This document shows positions 36,034-46,092 of a DNA stretch of 64,000 bases, one piece after another. The stretch lies in the NCBI GenBank assembly GCA_002068415.1, contig MVZM01000004.1, positions 3,445 through 67,444 of the forward strand, read 5' to 3'. The translations under genes were made by a program, and so were the position numbers. How positions within the stretch are numbered: the first letter of the stretch is position 1; each line of letters starts with the position of its first letter. Below the pieces are notes generated by a model. It did no database searches. It worked only from the letters and a program-made list of their open reading frames with translations, and was not told the DNA's origin. The stretch comes from Tenericutes bacterium ADurb.BinA124. GTDB lineage: Bacteria; Bacillota_I; Bacilli_A; ML615J-28; CAG-698.

Positions 36034-37728
36034 TTATTGTAATTTCGTTTGATCGAAATTATCTAAAAACTTCTGTAATTCCTTCGCAATCATGGCAACG
36101 GTACCATCCACAAACGGATTCTTTAAACCGGCCGCCTCAATTAAACCCAAGAAAGATTTACTTCCGCCCAAAGTGCATAAATGATAGTATTGTTTCCAAG
36201 CTTGCTCATGATCCTTTTGGTTTAAAATCCAAAACTGCTGAGCACAGACTTGGGCTAAGGTATAATCGATATAATAGAAAGCCGTACTGAAAATATGTCC
36301 TTGGCGGAACCAATAAGTCCCTTTTTCTAAGAAGGGATTCTCATAGACTTTATACGGCAAATATTTCTTTTCAATCCGTCGCCAAACGGCTTTTCTTTCA
36401 TCCGGGGTTAATTCCGGATGTTCGTAGATCTCATGCTGGTATTCATCAACGGCCACACCATAAGGAATAAAGGTAATAGTCCCGGCTAAATGTTCATATT
36501 TATATTTATCGCTATCTTTTCCAAAGAATAAATCAATCCACGGCCAAGCGAAAAACTCCATACTCATGGAATGGATTTCCGCCGATTCCATGGTCGGCCA
36601 ATAATATTCCGGAACGGCAAAATGACGGCTGGAAAAAACCTGAAAAGCATGGCCGGCTTCATGGGTCAAAACATCGACATCTCCGGCCGTCCCGTTAAAG
36701 TTTGAGAAAATAAACGGTGATTGGTAATCCGGAAAATATGTACAAAAGCCGCCCCCGGCTTTGCCTTGCTTAGCCTCTAAGTCCAATAACTCATGCTCAA
36801 TCATGAAATCGATGAATTCACCGGTTTCTTGACTCATGGCATGATACATCTTTTGGGCTTGGCTAACTAAGAAATCACGGTCACCTTGCGGTTTGGGATT
36901 CCCTGAAGCAAAGTTAATCCCTAAGTCATAACTCTTTAAATCTTTAATGCCCAAGCGTTTCGCCTTTTCCTTAAAAAGGGAAACCGCTACCGGCACCAAG
37001 TCTTTTTCCACTTGCTTGCGGTAATTGGCCACCATCTTGCTGTCGTAATCGGTGCGGCCTAAACGGGCGTATCCGACCTCCACAAAATTCTCATAGCCCA
37101 GTTTTTTCGCAATCCTCGTTCTAACTTTTACTAGTTTATCATAGATGTCATCGTACTTCGCTTCATTGGCTTCAAAAAACTTCATGACCGCCGTTTCGGC
37201 TTGTTTTCGCGTTTCCCGATTAGGAGCAATCGCATATGGGGCCATCTGCGATAAATTGTTGATTTTGCCATCAAATTCAATTTTAGCGCTGGCTGTTAAT
37301 TTAGTATATTCCGTCACCAACTTATTTTCTTCCTGCAAATCTTCAATGATTTCCGGTTTAAAGGTTTTTAAGTTGGTTTCGATTAGGGCAAATAGTTGCT
37401 TCCCATACTTTTTAATTAGTTCCTGTTTAAAGGGGCTGGTATGCAAAGCGAGGGCCAATTGATGTTCAAACCCCGCAATAAACGGGGAATTTTCATCAAA
37501 GAAATTTTGTTCGTCTTCATAAAACTTATCCGTTGTATCAATGGCATTGCGTGCCCCCACTAAGGCTTGCATCGTTTGTAAAGTATTACGCACTTTATTA
37601 ATACTATCAATAGCTGCCACGACTTCATGAAGGACGGAGGCACTCGTTAGGGCTTTAAGTGCTTGTTCATAAGCTTGTTTGACTTCCTCTAAATTAGGTC
37701 TTTTATATGGATAATCTTTAAATTTCAT
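36034..37728 (-). CDS. pepF: M3-family oligoendopeptidase F
   Basis: 564 aa with the zinc motif THEAGHAFQ. Confidence 0.85.
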   Translation of the reverse strand: MKFKDYPYKRPNLEEVKQAYEQALKALTSASVLHEVVAAIDSINKVRNTLQTMQALVGARNAIDTTDKFYEDEQNFFDENSPFIAGFEHQLALALHTSPFKQELIKKYGKQLFALIETNLKTFKPEIIEDLQEENKLVTEYTKLTASAKIEFDGKINNLSQMAPYAIAPNRETRKQAETAVMKFFEANEAKYDDIYDKLVKVRTRIAKKLGYENFVEVGYARLGRTDYDSKMVANYRKQVEKDLVPVAVSLFKEKAKRLGIKDLKSYDLGINFASGNPKPQGDRDFLVSQAQKMYHAMSQETGEFIDFMIEHELLDLEAKQGKAGGGFCTYFPDYQSPFIFSNFNGTAGDVDVLTHEAGHAFQVFSSRHFAVPEYYWPTMESAEIHSMSMEFFAWPWIDLFFGKDSDKYKYEHLAGTITFIPYGVAVDEYQHEIYEHPELTPDERKAVWRRIEKKYLPYKVYENPFLEKGTYWFRQGHIFSTAFYYIDYTLAQVCAQQFWILNQKDHEQAWKQYYHLCTLGGSKSFLGLIEAAGLKNPFVDGTVAMIAKELQKFLDNFDQTKLQ

Positions 37729-37941
37729 ATTGGAAAATCCTTTCTTACTTTAAAATATTATAGCATAATAATTGCGATTACGCAAATTAAAGCACTCATT
37801 ATTTCACCGGCCCTTTGGTAATTTTCTCATCACTATTTAAGGGTTTTTGTTTTTAATAAAATCATCATTACAATGTTAAATTATGGTATAATAAACATAA
37901 TAAATTATATTATTATAACATAATAAGAAAAGGAGGACCTT

Positions 37942-38472
37942 ATGGATTTTAATGAGCTCATTAATAAACGGTATAGTTGTAGAAATTTTGCTAAGCGCCC
38001 GCTTGAACAAGAAAAATTGTTGACGATTATCGATCAAGCCCGCTTAGCGCCATCCGCCGTCAACGGTCAACCTTGGTTTGTTCATGCTGTTTCCCAAGCT
38101 GAGACGATGAAAAAAGTCATCACCGCCTGTACCGGCCTGGGGATGAACCGCTTTATTCACCAAGCTCAAGCCTTTTTCGTAGTTACGGAAACTCGGGACA
38201 AGCTCATTTCCACAACCATCAGTAAAATTAAAAAACTAGATTTTCAAACGATTGATATCGGCATTTTCATTGCCTACTTAAGTTTAGCGGCGACTTCTCA
38301 AGGTTTAGGAAGCTGCATTTTAGGTTGGTTTAATGAAAAACAGCTACAAGAAGCTCTAAATCTTCCGAAAAGCGAAAAAGTCAGGATTGTCATTGCTCTT
38401 GGTTATCCGGAAAGCGACGAAGTGAAACCGAAAAAACGCAAAAGCCTCAACCAAATCAGCAAGTTTCATTAA
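37942..38472 (+). CDS. Nitroreductase-family protein
   Basis: RYSCRNF...APSAVNGQPW signature. Confidence 0.8.
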   Translation: MDFNELINKRYSCRNFAKRPLEQEKLLTIIDQARLAPSAVNGQPWFVHAVSQAETMKKVITACTGLGMNRFIHQAQAFFVVTETRDKLISTTISKIKKLDFQTIDIGIFIAYLSLAATSQGLGSCILGWFNEKQLQEALNLPKSEKVRIVIALGYPESDEVKPKKRKSLNQISKFH

Positions 38473-38633
38473 TCAATGAATAGTTTAAAATAAGCTTTGC
38501 TTGAAAAATAAGCAAAGGTTTTTTAGCACATGGTCAACAAGCAAAAAACAAATTCTATGTATCACTTATTAACCATTAGTCAAGGCCAAATAAAAAGCGG
38601 TTTCCAACAAGAAACGCACTTAGTTAAGACCGA

Positions 38634-38709
38634 TGGCGTCCCAAAAGGGAGTTGAACCCTTGACCTATTGCTTAGGAGGCAATCGCTCTATCCACTGAGC
38701 TATCGGGAC
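38634..38709 (-). tRNA. tRNA-Arg (anticodon CCT)
   Basis: Manual cloverleaf: GTCCCGA/TTGGGAC acceptor, anticodon loop CT-CCT-AA, T-arm AAGGGTTCAACTCCCTT, encoded CCA. Confidence 0.9.
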
Positions 38710-38866
38710 AAGACAAGTATAATTATACCATTTTATTGTGCTTTTTTCCATTTTTTATTGGATAAGTCTTCTTTGAATTATGTTAAGGCATATGATTGGA
38801 GGATGAAACTATTGATAAGAAAACAAAGAAACATGGTTAAGGCTTTTGGTGTTTTTGTTTCCTTTA

Positions 38867-39385
38867 TTATTGGAGATATTTTTCTTGAATAAGGATTTCT
38901 AAAACTCTAGCTTCACGCTCAATCATGATAGGGTTTTTTGTACCATGGTCATGGTGACGGTTGGTAACAATGCCCTGCATCGCTTCAATCCATTCGAAAG
39001 TAAACTGCTCGGCTGATTCGTAATCATCTAACTTAGGAAAACCCCATTCATCCCTTACTTCACAAAGATAATAATAGTTATCTTGAATGAAAATAGCCTC
39101 GTCGGCAGTTTTTCCTTTTTGAATACTATGCACCAAACCAAATTCTTTAATGGAACCAAGAATAACCTCTAAACCGGTTTCTTCTTTAACTTCGCGAATA
39201 AGGGTATTAATTTGATTTTCACCGGGTTCAATTCCACCACCTGGGAAGGTATAATAATCATATTTGCGACTATGAATCATTCCCACCTTGTTGCCACGAA
39301 TAATGATGCCTCGAGTAGAAGGTCTTCGATAAACTTTTCCATTAAGATCATAATCTTTGGTATCAATCACAAATAAAGTGCGCAT
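38867..39385 (-). CDS. NUDIX hydrolase
   Basis: Nudix box GGGIEPGENQINTLIREVKEETGL. Confidence 0.85.
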   Translation of the reverse strand: MRTLFVIDTKDYDLNGKVYRRPSTRGIIIRGNKVGMIHSRKYDYYTFPGGGIEPGENQINTLIREVKEETGLEVILGSIKEFGLVHSIQKGKTADEAIFIQDNYYYLCEVRDEWGFPKLDDYESAEQFTFEWIEAMQGIVTNRHHDHGTKNPIMIEREARVLEILIQEKYLQ

Positions 39386-39554
39386 TTTTCCACCTTTTAA
39401 AAAAACATTGAGAATATTATAACAAATTATACGCTTAAATTAAACCATAATCTTAACATCTTGCCCTAATGATTTATTAAAGAAGAGATCTAAAGCCATC
39501 CTCCCATGAGAATAATAACCGCATTCAAAACCAAATGCGGTTATTTGTTAGCAA

Positions 39555-39631
39555 TGGTGTCCTGAAAGGGACTCGAACCCATGGCCTATTGCTTCGGAAG
39601 CAATCACTCTATCCAACTGAGCTATCAGGAC
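39555..39631 (-). tRNA. tRNA-Arg (anticodon CCG)
   Basis: Manual cloverleaf: anticodon loop TT-CCG-AA, T-arm ATGGGTTCGAGTCCCTT, encoded CCA. Confidence 0.9.
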
Positions 39632-39772
39632 AAAACATAAATATATTATACTCCTAAACGAATAATTTTTCCACCTTTTTTTCCAATCATCACCGAAGAT
39701 GTCGATTAGCTTTATAATGTCAGCAAATAACACCACCAAAAAAGACCGTCAGAATTCTGACGGTCTTTAGTG

Positions 39773-41272
39773 TTAATTGCGATGACAAAGGGCACGGTAA
39801 AAGGCATCGCCAATTTGTTCGTAACCATCCGTGTTAGGATGCATTCCCATACTTGTGCCAATCGGTTCCGTAATCGATGATTCGGTATTAACGGGTTTCG
39901 GACTTGTCGGCATATTGTACTCTGAATCAAATTGACCTTTCACATCAACATAACGCATGAAACTTGAATAACCGGCCATATTACAAAAATCTTCTAAAAA
40001 CTGATTATATTTCATGGCCGTAACCAATTGCCCATAATTGTCAGCGTAAGATTTATCCAAAGTGTAATAAGCGGATAAACCACCATTGACAGACGGGAGC
40101 GGAATTCCCATCAAAGTAATCTTGGCATGCGGGTAATCGGCATGCAGTTTGTCAATGAATATTTTAGCACTTGCAAACGGTTCGGAAGCAAACGAGAATT
40201 CGCGGAAAGAGCCGCCGATGCCGTTCCAAGTCATGAGGATATAAGCTTCATCGATAGTAGCATAACCATGAGTAGAGCAATAGTACTTAAAATCGAGTTG
40301 ATTGTTGGCATTCCAGAAAGGACTTGGAGTCACGGGTGTTGTTGCATAACCGTTAAGATACGATGACCATTGCCAACCGCCATGACCTTCATGTTTAATC
40401 GTCACCCCATTGAATGTTGAAGTAATGGTTCCTAGAGTAACAATATTTGTGGCTCCTGCATTATTGTATTTTTTAATCCCTTGTGCGACCCAATAGCCGT
40501 TAGCTGTTAAGCTATCCCCGATGCAAAGAATGTTTTTTGTGGTGGAGGGATTAAGGGCCGTAGAGACAATCAATTTGGTGGTTTTCTCGCTGATAACATT
40601 GCCGTTATTATCACAAATGGACATTTTAAGGTTAAAAGTTTTTCCATAATCAGCCGCCGCCGGAGTCCATTCATAATATCTTGGATAGGCATAGCCCTTC
40701 GTTCCCGTTAGTTTGATATAGTACTGATACGGATCAACAGCTTGAACAACGCTGCGGTAGAACAATTGGAAAGTATCACCGACCGCTAAATAATATTCTT
40801 TTGGTAAAAAGATGTTAACATTTTGGACCAGTTTATTATTGATGTTTGTTAACTGGGTTTGCAAAGAAGTGATTAAGGAGGCTTGTTCTTGACTAGTATA
40901 TTTCAAATCCAATAATTCTTGTTCTAAAGTGGCAATCTCCGCCTCCAAAACCGCCACCTGAGCCAGTTCTGTTTGGGTGTTAGTAAGGGTAGCATCGAGG
41001 GCATTGATTTTAGCATTGAGCGCTATTTTTTCCGTTTGTAAGTTAGTAAGGGCAGAATTAAGAGTTTCAATTTTAGTATCAAGAGCATCTTTTTCCGTTT
41101 GTAAACTAGTAAGTTGAGTATTAAGAGCATCTTTTTCCGTTTCTAAAGCAAAGACCGCTTCTTTTACATCATCTAAGTCTTTTGCTAGTGATGAATACTG
41201 TTCTTCAGAATTACAACCCGCAAAAGCCAAAGCCAAAATTAGGGTAACCACAACTGTCATTAATTTTTTCAT
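39773..41272 (-). CDS. Lipoprotein with an N-terminal coiled coil and a C-terminal SGNH/GDSL hydrolase domain
   Basis: Lipobox LAFAGC after MKKLMTVVV (ATG at 41272). Heptad repeats LQTEKDALNT... . GDSL block ILCIGDSLTANGYW and a C-terminal GMHPNTDGY block. Confidence 0.8.
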   Translation of the reverse strand: MKKLMTVVVTLILALAFAGCNSEEQYSSLAKDLDDVKEAVFALETEKDALNTQLTSLQTEKDALDTKIETLNSALTNLQTEKIALNAKINALDATLTNTQTELAQVAVLEAEIATLEQELLDLKYTSQEQASLITSLQTQLTNINNKLVQNVNIFLPKEYYLAVGDTFQLFYRSVVQAVDPYQYYIKLTGTKGYAYPRYYEWTPAAADYGKTFNLKMSICDNNGNVISEKTTKLIVSTALNPSTTKNILCIGDSLTANGYWVAQGIKKYNNAGATNIVTLGTITSTFNGVTIKHEGHGGWQWSSYLNGYATTPVTPSPFWNANNQLDFKYYCSTHGYATIDEAYILMTWNGIGGSFREFSFASEPFASAKIFIDKLHADYPHAKITLMGIPLPSVNGGLSAYYTLDKSYADNYGQLVTAMKYNQFLEDFCNMAGYSSFMRYVDVKGQFDSEYNMPTSPKPVNTESSITEPIGTSMGMHPNTDGYEQIGDAFYRALCHRN

Positions 41273-41486
41273 TTTATTCCTCTTTCTTCTTTTTTTATAG
41301 ATTGACAAATGACTCTACATTTGGATTATATAACATTGTATAAAAGGAGGCAATAACTTTTAAATAATTGCATTGAAAAACACCCTCATCTTAACTAGGG
41401 TGTTTGTGATTTCGTTATCGCATTTTAAAGACCATTGCTTAGAAAGAATGCAAGATTGCTTGTTCTCAATATTATGCAAAGAAATT

Positions 41487-42194
41487 TTATTTATATATTT
41501 TTTTACTGGCACCATAGGCTTGCGGTCGGAATTTTATTTTGTGAATAGGATGATGACGACGCGGATATTTGGGATTATAGCCAAATAAATTGCGATAATT
41601 TAAGCCATCATCACATTGATTCATCATCGTTTGGAAAAGGACGAGGGTCGCTCTAGCATCATCAAGGGCACGGTGGGAATTTTTTACTTCCTCTTTTAAT
41701 CCATAAAAGTTAATGGCATCCTGTAATTTATGGGGGTAGGGGGCACGGTCTTTATACATCGTTAAGCAATCATAATAATCAATGTGGGAAAGGTTTAGGA
41801 TGTGTTCCATCTTCATTTTCTTAAAGAAAGCGAACAAAAACTGTAAATCAAAACTGGCATTATAGGCGAGGAGGGCCAGTTCTTCTTGACCAACCATAAA
41901 GGAACTGACTTGCTTGAAAACTTTAAGAGGATTGCTTCCTTTTTGTATAAGCAAATCATTCGTGATTTTAGTTAATTGAACAATTTCATCAGGGATGGTT
42001 TTTCCCGGTGCTAGTTGAATAAGCTCATCTAATTCTTCTTTTTTTATAACATTACCGACATCATCCAAAGTTAGGACAATCATAGCAATTTCAAGTAGTT
42101 CATCAATAATAGGATTAAATCCCGTTGTTTCCACATCAAAGATGATTATTTTTTTGTATTTAGGGCCTAAACCACCAAGATAAAAAGTTTCCAT
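41487..42194 (-). CDS. DEDD-family 3'-5' exonuclease (DnaQ/epsilon-like)
   Basis: ExoI IIFDVETTG, ExoII AYNASFD, ExoIII HRALDDA. Confidence 0.8.
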   Translation of the reverse strand: METFYLGGLGPKYKKIIIFDVETTGFNPIIDELLEIAMIVLTLDDVGNVIKKEELDELIQLAPGKTIPDEIVQLTKITNDLLIQKGSNPLKVFKQVSSFMVGQEELALLAYNASFDLQFLFAFFKKMKMEHILNLSHIDYYDCLTMYKDRAPYPHKLQDAINFYGLKEEVKNSHRALDDARATLVLFQTMMNQCDDGLNYRNLFGYNPKYPRRHHPIHKIKFRPQAYGASKKIYK

Positions 42195-42383
42195 GGTGTT
42201 TTCTCCTTCATAGCTTTTATAGTTTCTTTGGTTTTCTCTTCATGGATAATTAAAGCCAATAAAGAGTTTCCTTTTTGTTATAAATTTTGCTAAAAACACA
42301 TAGAAAGGAAACTCTTCATTTCATGATAACACAAAACATCTAAAATTGGCATTAATATTTTAAATATCATCACCTTTTTATTA

Positions 42384-42884
42384 TTAATCCCAAAGAACAA
42401 GAGTTTTTTCCTTCATCGTCTTATTTAAATCAATAATTCTTTGATTTTCTGAACCACGAAATCGTAAAAGCAAATTTTTCCTACTGATATCATACTTTCC
42501 ATCAATTAAAAGATCGGTTTGGGAAAGCAATTCTTCCCATCCGGGATTCTTTCTTGCTATGATTTCTTCATAAGTATATCCTGTGTAGGTAACAATACTA
42601 AGTTTTAATGCTTTGGCCATCTTTGCTAATTCCGCAAACATCTTGGCTTGTTCAAAGGGTTCACCACCGCTAAAGCTTAAACCGTCCAATAAGGGATTGC
42701 TTTTAACCATTTCCATGATGGAAGCTATTGAAACTAGTTTTCCTCCTGTAAAGGAATGCGTTTCTGGATTATGACAACCCGGGCAATGATGTTTACAGCC
42801 CTGAGCAAAAACCACCAAGCGGATTCCGGGACCGTCCACAATTGATTCTTTAATGATTCCGGCAATTCTTAAATCCATATTCAA
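42384..42884 (-). CDS. nrdG: Anaerobic ribonucleoside-triphosphate reductase activating protein
   Basis: Radical-SAM cluster motif GCKHHCPGCHNP; downstream of nrdD. Confidence 0.9.
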   Translation of the reverse strand: MNMDLRIAGIIKESIVDGPGIRLVVFAQGCKHHCPGCHNPETHSFTGGKLVSIASIMEMVKSNPLLDGLSFSGGEPFEQAKMFAELAKMAKALKLSIVTYTGYTYEEIIARKNPGWEELLSQTDLLIDGKYDISRKNLLLRFRGSENQRIIDLNKTMKEKTLVLWD

Positions 42885-42916
42885 TTAATCACTCCTAAAT
42901 GATGATTTTTTAAGTT

Positions 42917-45241
42917 CTATTTATTAAAGGAAATATGCTTCACGCGATCACGAACTTCCGCTTTTTTGGAATTATTGAAGCGGTCCAAGGTACCTACCAA
43001 ATAGCCCGTAATCCGTCTAATCCTTTCAAAAGGAATATCGCCTTCTTCCCGACCACAGTAAGGACAGGTATTACCGATAATGCCGGTAAAGCCACAGACG
43101 GGGTCTCGATCAACCGGATGATTAATTGAGCCATAGCCGACATCGGCTTCTTTCATAGCGCGGATAATCTTTTCAAAAGCCTCCAGGTTTTGGCTTAAAT
43201 CCCCGTCAACTTCCACATAGGTAATATGTCCGGCATTGGTTAGTTCATGGTATGGAGCCTCAATTCTAATCTTATCAAAAGCCCTTATTTCATAGTAAAC
43301 CGGAACATGAAAACTATTGGTATAATATTCCCGATCGGTAATGCCGGCAATCGTACCAAAATTGCTTTTATCTAGGTTTACAAACCGCCCCGCCAAACCT
43401 TCCGCCGGCGTCGCAAGTAATGTGAAATTCAATTTATATTTACGACTCGCTTCATCCATCCGTTTTCGCATATGCGAAACAATCTCTAAACCAAGTTTTT
43501 GCGCTTCTTCTGATTCACCGTGGTGGTAACCGATTAAAGCTTTTAAGCATTCGGCTAAGCCGATGAATCCGCTTGCTAAAGTTCCGTGTTTAATTACCTC
43601 TCTAACCTCATCTTCCGGTTTCAGTTGGTCGGAATCAAGCCATATTCCTTGCCCCATTAAGAAGGGATAATTTTTCACCTTCTTCCTAGCTTGAATTTCA
43701 AATCTTTCTAACAGTTGATCAATTACTAAAGCTATTTTTTTATCTAAGTCTTGAAAGAATACATCAATGTTTTTGTTACTGTTTAAGGCAATTCTTGGTA
43801 AGTTAATGGTTGTAAAACTTAAATTCCCCCTGCCATGACTTATTTCTTTCGTCGGGTCAAAAACATTGCCAATCACTCGTGTTCGACACCCCATATAAGT
43901 GATTTCGGTTTCCGGATGTCCCGGTTTGTAGTACTTAAGATTGTATGGAGAATCTAAAAAAGAGAAATTGGGAAAGAGGCGTTTAGCACTCACCTTACAG
44001 GCCAGTTTAAATAAATCATAATTGGGATCTTCGGCATTATAATTAATTCCTTCTTTGACTTTAAAAATTTGGATGGGAAAAATCGGCGTTTCCCCATGAC
44101 CAAGGCCGGCTTCAGTAGCTAATAAAATGTTCTTAATGAGCATTCTTCCTTCCGCTGAGGTATCCGTACCGTAATTGATGGAACTGAATGGCACTTGAGC
44201 ACCGGCTCTACTATGCATAGTATTTAAGTTATGAATTAAAGCTTCCATAGCTTGATATGTTTTACTATCCGTTTCTTCTAAAGCTTTTTGACAAGCAAAG
44301 AGCTGTGCTTTATCAATAATTTCGGAATCTGAAACATCTTCTTGAAGAAGGCTTTTTTCAAGCTTAAGATATTCCTCATTAGCACTTAAAGTCGGATAAA
44401 GATGATTTTCATCTCTTATCTTTTTACTTATCTTATTAACAACAGTCACCACATCTTTCATTCCTACTAATAATTCTAAAGCTTTGATGAGATTTTGTTT
44501 ATATGTTTTTTGGTATGTTTTAGCAACCCCCAAAGCCAAACCATAATCAAAATTAGGGATGCTTTGACCCCCGTGTTGGTCGTTTTGATTGGCTTGGATG
44601 GCAATACATGTTAGAGCCGAATAAGTTTGGATATCATTGGGTTCTCTAATATTACCATGGCCCGTACTAAAACCATTTTTAAAGAGTTTAATAATATCAA
44701 TTTGACAACAAGTCGTGGTAAGAGTATAAAAATCGAAATCATGGATATGGATATCACCCTTCCTATGAGCAGCGGCATGTTCCGGTTTTAAGACAAAGAT
44801 TTCATTAAATTGCTTGGCACCTTCCGAACCGTATTTCAACATAATGCCCATCGGGGTATCACAGTCAATGTTGGCATTTTCTCGTTTCAAATCATTGTCT
44901 TTGGCATCTTTAAAAGTGAGTTCTTCATAGGTTTTCATTAGTCTTGTCTTCATCTCTCTTATCCGGGTGCGTTCAGCCCGATAAAGGATATACTGTTTGG
45001 CACTTTTTACATACCCTTCTTCAATTAATACTCTTTCCACAATATCCTGAATTTCTTCAACCGTGGGAATCGTGTTATGAGGAGCCTTTTGTAAGTTAGC
45101 TGTGACTTTTTTAGCTAGATGCTTGGCATTTACAAATTCACCTTCACCGCTAGCTTTCAAGGCTTTCAATAGGGCATTTTCTATTTTCCCAATATCAAAA
45201 GCAACCTCTCTTCCATCTCTTTTTCTAATTTTACTCATCAT
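42917..45241 (-). CDS. nrdD: Anaerobic ribonucleoside-triphosphate reductase
   Basis: ATP-cone N-terminus (KIRKRDGREVAFD), C-terminal zinc site CGF...CPYCG, and glycyl-radical motif RITGYL. The ATG at 45241 is preferred over the track's TTG at 45250. Confidence 0.95.
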   Translation of the reverse strand: MMSKIRKRDGREVAFDIGKIENALLKALKASGEGEFVNAKHLAKKVTANLQKAPHNTIPTVEEIQDIVERVLIEEGYVKSAKQYILYRAERTRIREMKTRLMKTYEELTFKDAKDNDLKRENANIDCDTPMGIMLKYGSEGAKQFNEIFVLKPEHAAAHRKGDIHIHDFDFYTLTTTCCQIDIIKLFKNGFSTGHGNIREPNDIQTYSALTCIAIQANQNDQHGGQSIPNFDYGLALGVAKTYQKTYKQNLIKALELLVGMKDVVTVVNKISKKIRDENHLYPTLSANEEYLKLEKSLLQEDVSDSEIIDKAQLFACQKALEETDSKTYQAMEALIHNLNTMHSRAGAQVPFSSINYGTDTSAEGRMLIKNILLATEAGLGHGETPIFPIQIFKVKEGINYNAEDPNYDLFKLACKVSAKRLFPNFSFLDSPYNLKYYKPGHPETEITYMGCRTRVIGNVFDPTKEISHGRGNLSFTTINLPRIALNSNKNIDVFFQDLDKKIALVIDQLLERFEIQARKKVKNYPFLMGQGIWLDSDQLKPEDEVREVIKHGTLASGFIGLAECLKALIGYHHGESEEAQKLGLEIVSHMRKRMDEASRKYKLNFTLLATPAEGLAGRFVNLDKSNFGTIAGITDREYYTNSFHVPVYYEIRAFDKIRIEAPYHELTNAGHITYVEVDGDLSQNLEAFEKIIRAMKEADVGYGSINHPVDRDPVCGFTGIIGNTCPYCGREEGDIPFERIRRITGYLVGTLDRFNNSKKAEVRDRVKHISFNK

Positions 45242-45379
45242 AAAAATCAACTCCCTTTCTCAATGATGAAAAATAAAAAACTCTCGACAACAAATGTCAA
45301 GAGGTGATGAAAAAATACTACTCAAAAAAGAGTATTTAAATTATCTGCTCACCTCTCTATCACTCGTAGAGGATATTGA

Positions 45380-45525
45380 ACATCATTACAGGCAGGTATT
45401 CTGACTCTGGTTCATCGAAACTTCATTCCTTCCCAGAATTAATCCAGTGGATTTAATTGAAGTTCCTCCCCATTACAGCGGCGGGACCGTGCCGGAATTT
45501 CACCGGCTTCCCTTTTAAACTGTTC
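45380..45525 (-). promoter_or_regulatory. Cobalamin (B12) riboswitch aptamer in the nrdDG leader
   Basis: Minus strand reads AAAAGGGAAGCCGGTGAAATTCCGGCACGGTCCCGCCGCTGTAATGGGGA...CCACTGG...CTGGGAAGG...AGTCAGAATACCTGCC (B12 box). Alternative hairpins lie downstream (AGAGGTGA...TCACCTCT). Confidence 0.9.
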
Positions 45526-45573
45526 ATAACAGTTACCTGTAAATCTATTTTATATAATTATCGATGTGCTTCT

Positions 45574-45602
45574 ATTATACCCCTTTATCAAAACTATGTA
45601 AA
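45574..45602 (-). promoter_or_regulatory. Sigma-70 promoter for the riboswitch-nrdDG transcript
   Basis: Minus strand reads TTTACA, a 17-nt spacer, then TATAAT. Confidence 0.6.
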
Positions 45603-45900
45603 GTAAATTATATTTTTAAAGCGGTGAAATTTAAGATATGGGGCGGTCAATTTCCGTTTACTATAAACAGTAGAGCATAAGTTAATTTTTAAAATATTAA
45701 CATCATTAGTCAAAGATAACTTGTAATTGCTTGTAAATTATTTTAAAATCATTTATTTTAAGAAACCCAATTTAAATATCGCTCCCAAAAGCTTAGCATT
45801 TATTTTGCTGCTTATAAAGAAAAGTTCCAGTTAATTTAGATAAATTTACTAGAACTTTATCATTAGACTTTTATACAAAACTAAAATTGGTAAATGTCAT

Positions 45901-46083
45901 TTAAGAATACTTTGTTTTATTATCTCGATAACTATTTTTGTTTTTACATTCTTTCCCGTACGGACAGCCAATACATTTTACGCCTTTTCTCTTAGCTTTA
46001 ATAATATAAAACAAGGCTCCGCCTATTATTAAGGCCATTATTAAAATCGCTATTAAATCTGATAAATTAAGTGCTAAAAACAT
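45901..46083 (-). CDS. FeoB-associated Cys-rich small membrane protein
   Basis: 60 aa with one TM helix followed by KCIGCPYGKECK; immediately downstream of feoB. Confidence 0.7.
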   Translation of the reverse strand: MFLALNLSDLIAILIMALIIGGALFYIIKAKRKGVKCIGCPYGKECKNKNSYRDNKTKYS

Positions 46084-46092
46084 AATAACACC

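Noticed and set aside
38668-39930. Track ORFs 38668..38892, 39548..39739 and 39712..39930.
   Set aside because: They overlap tRNA-Arg genes or the 3' end of the SGNH lipoprotein gene. They are most likely artefacts of open frames through tRNA and intergenic DNA.
45530-45700. A search for NrdR boxes upstream of nrdD, in addition to the riboswitch.
   Set aside because: I could not find a convincing pair of 16-bp NrdR-type palindromes by eye. Only AT-rich partial matches are present.
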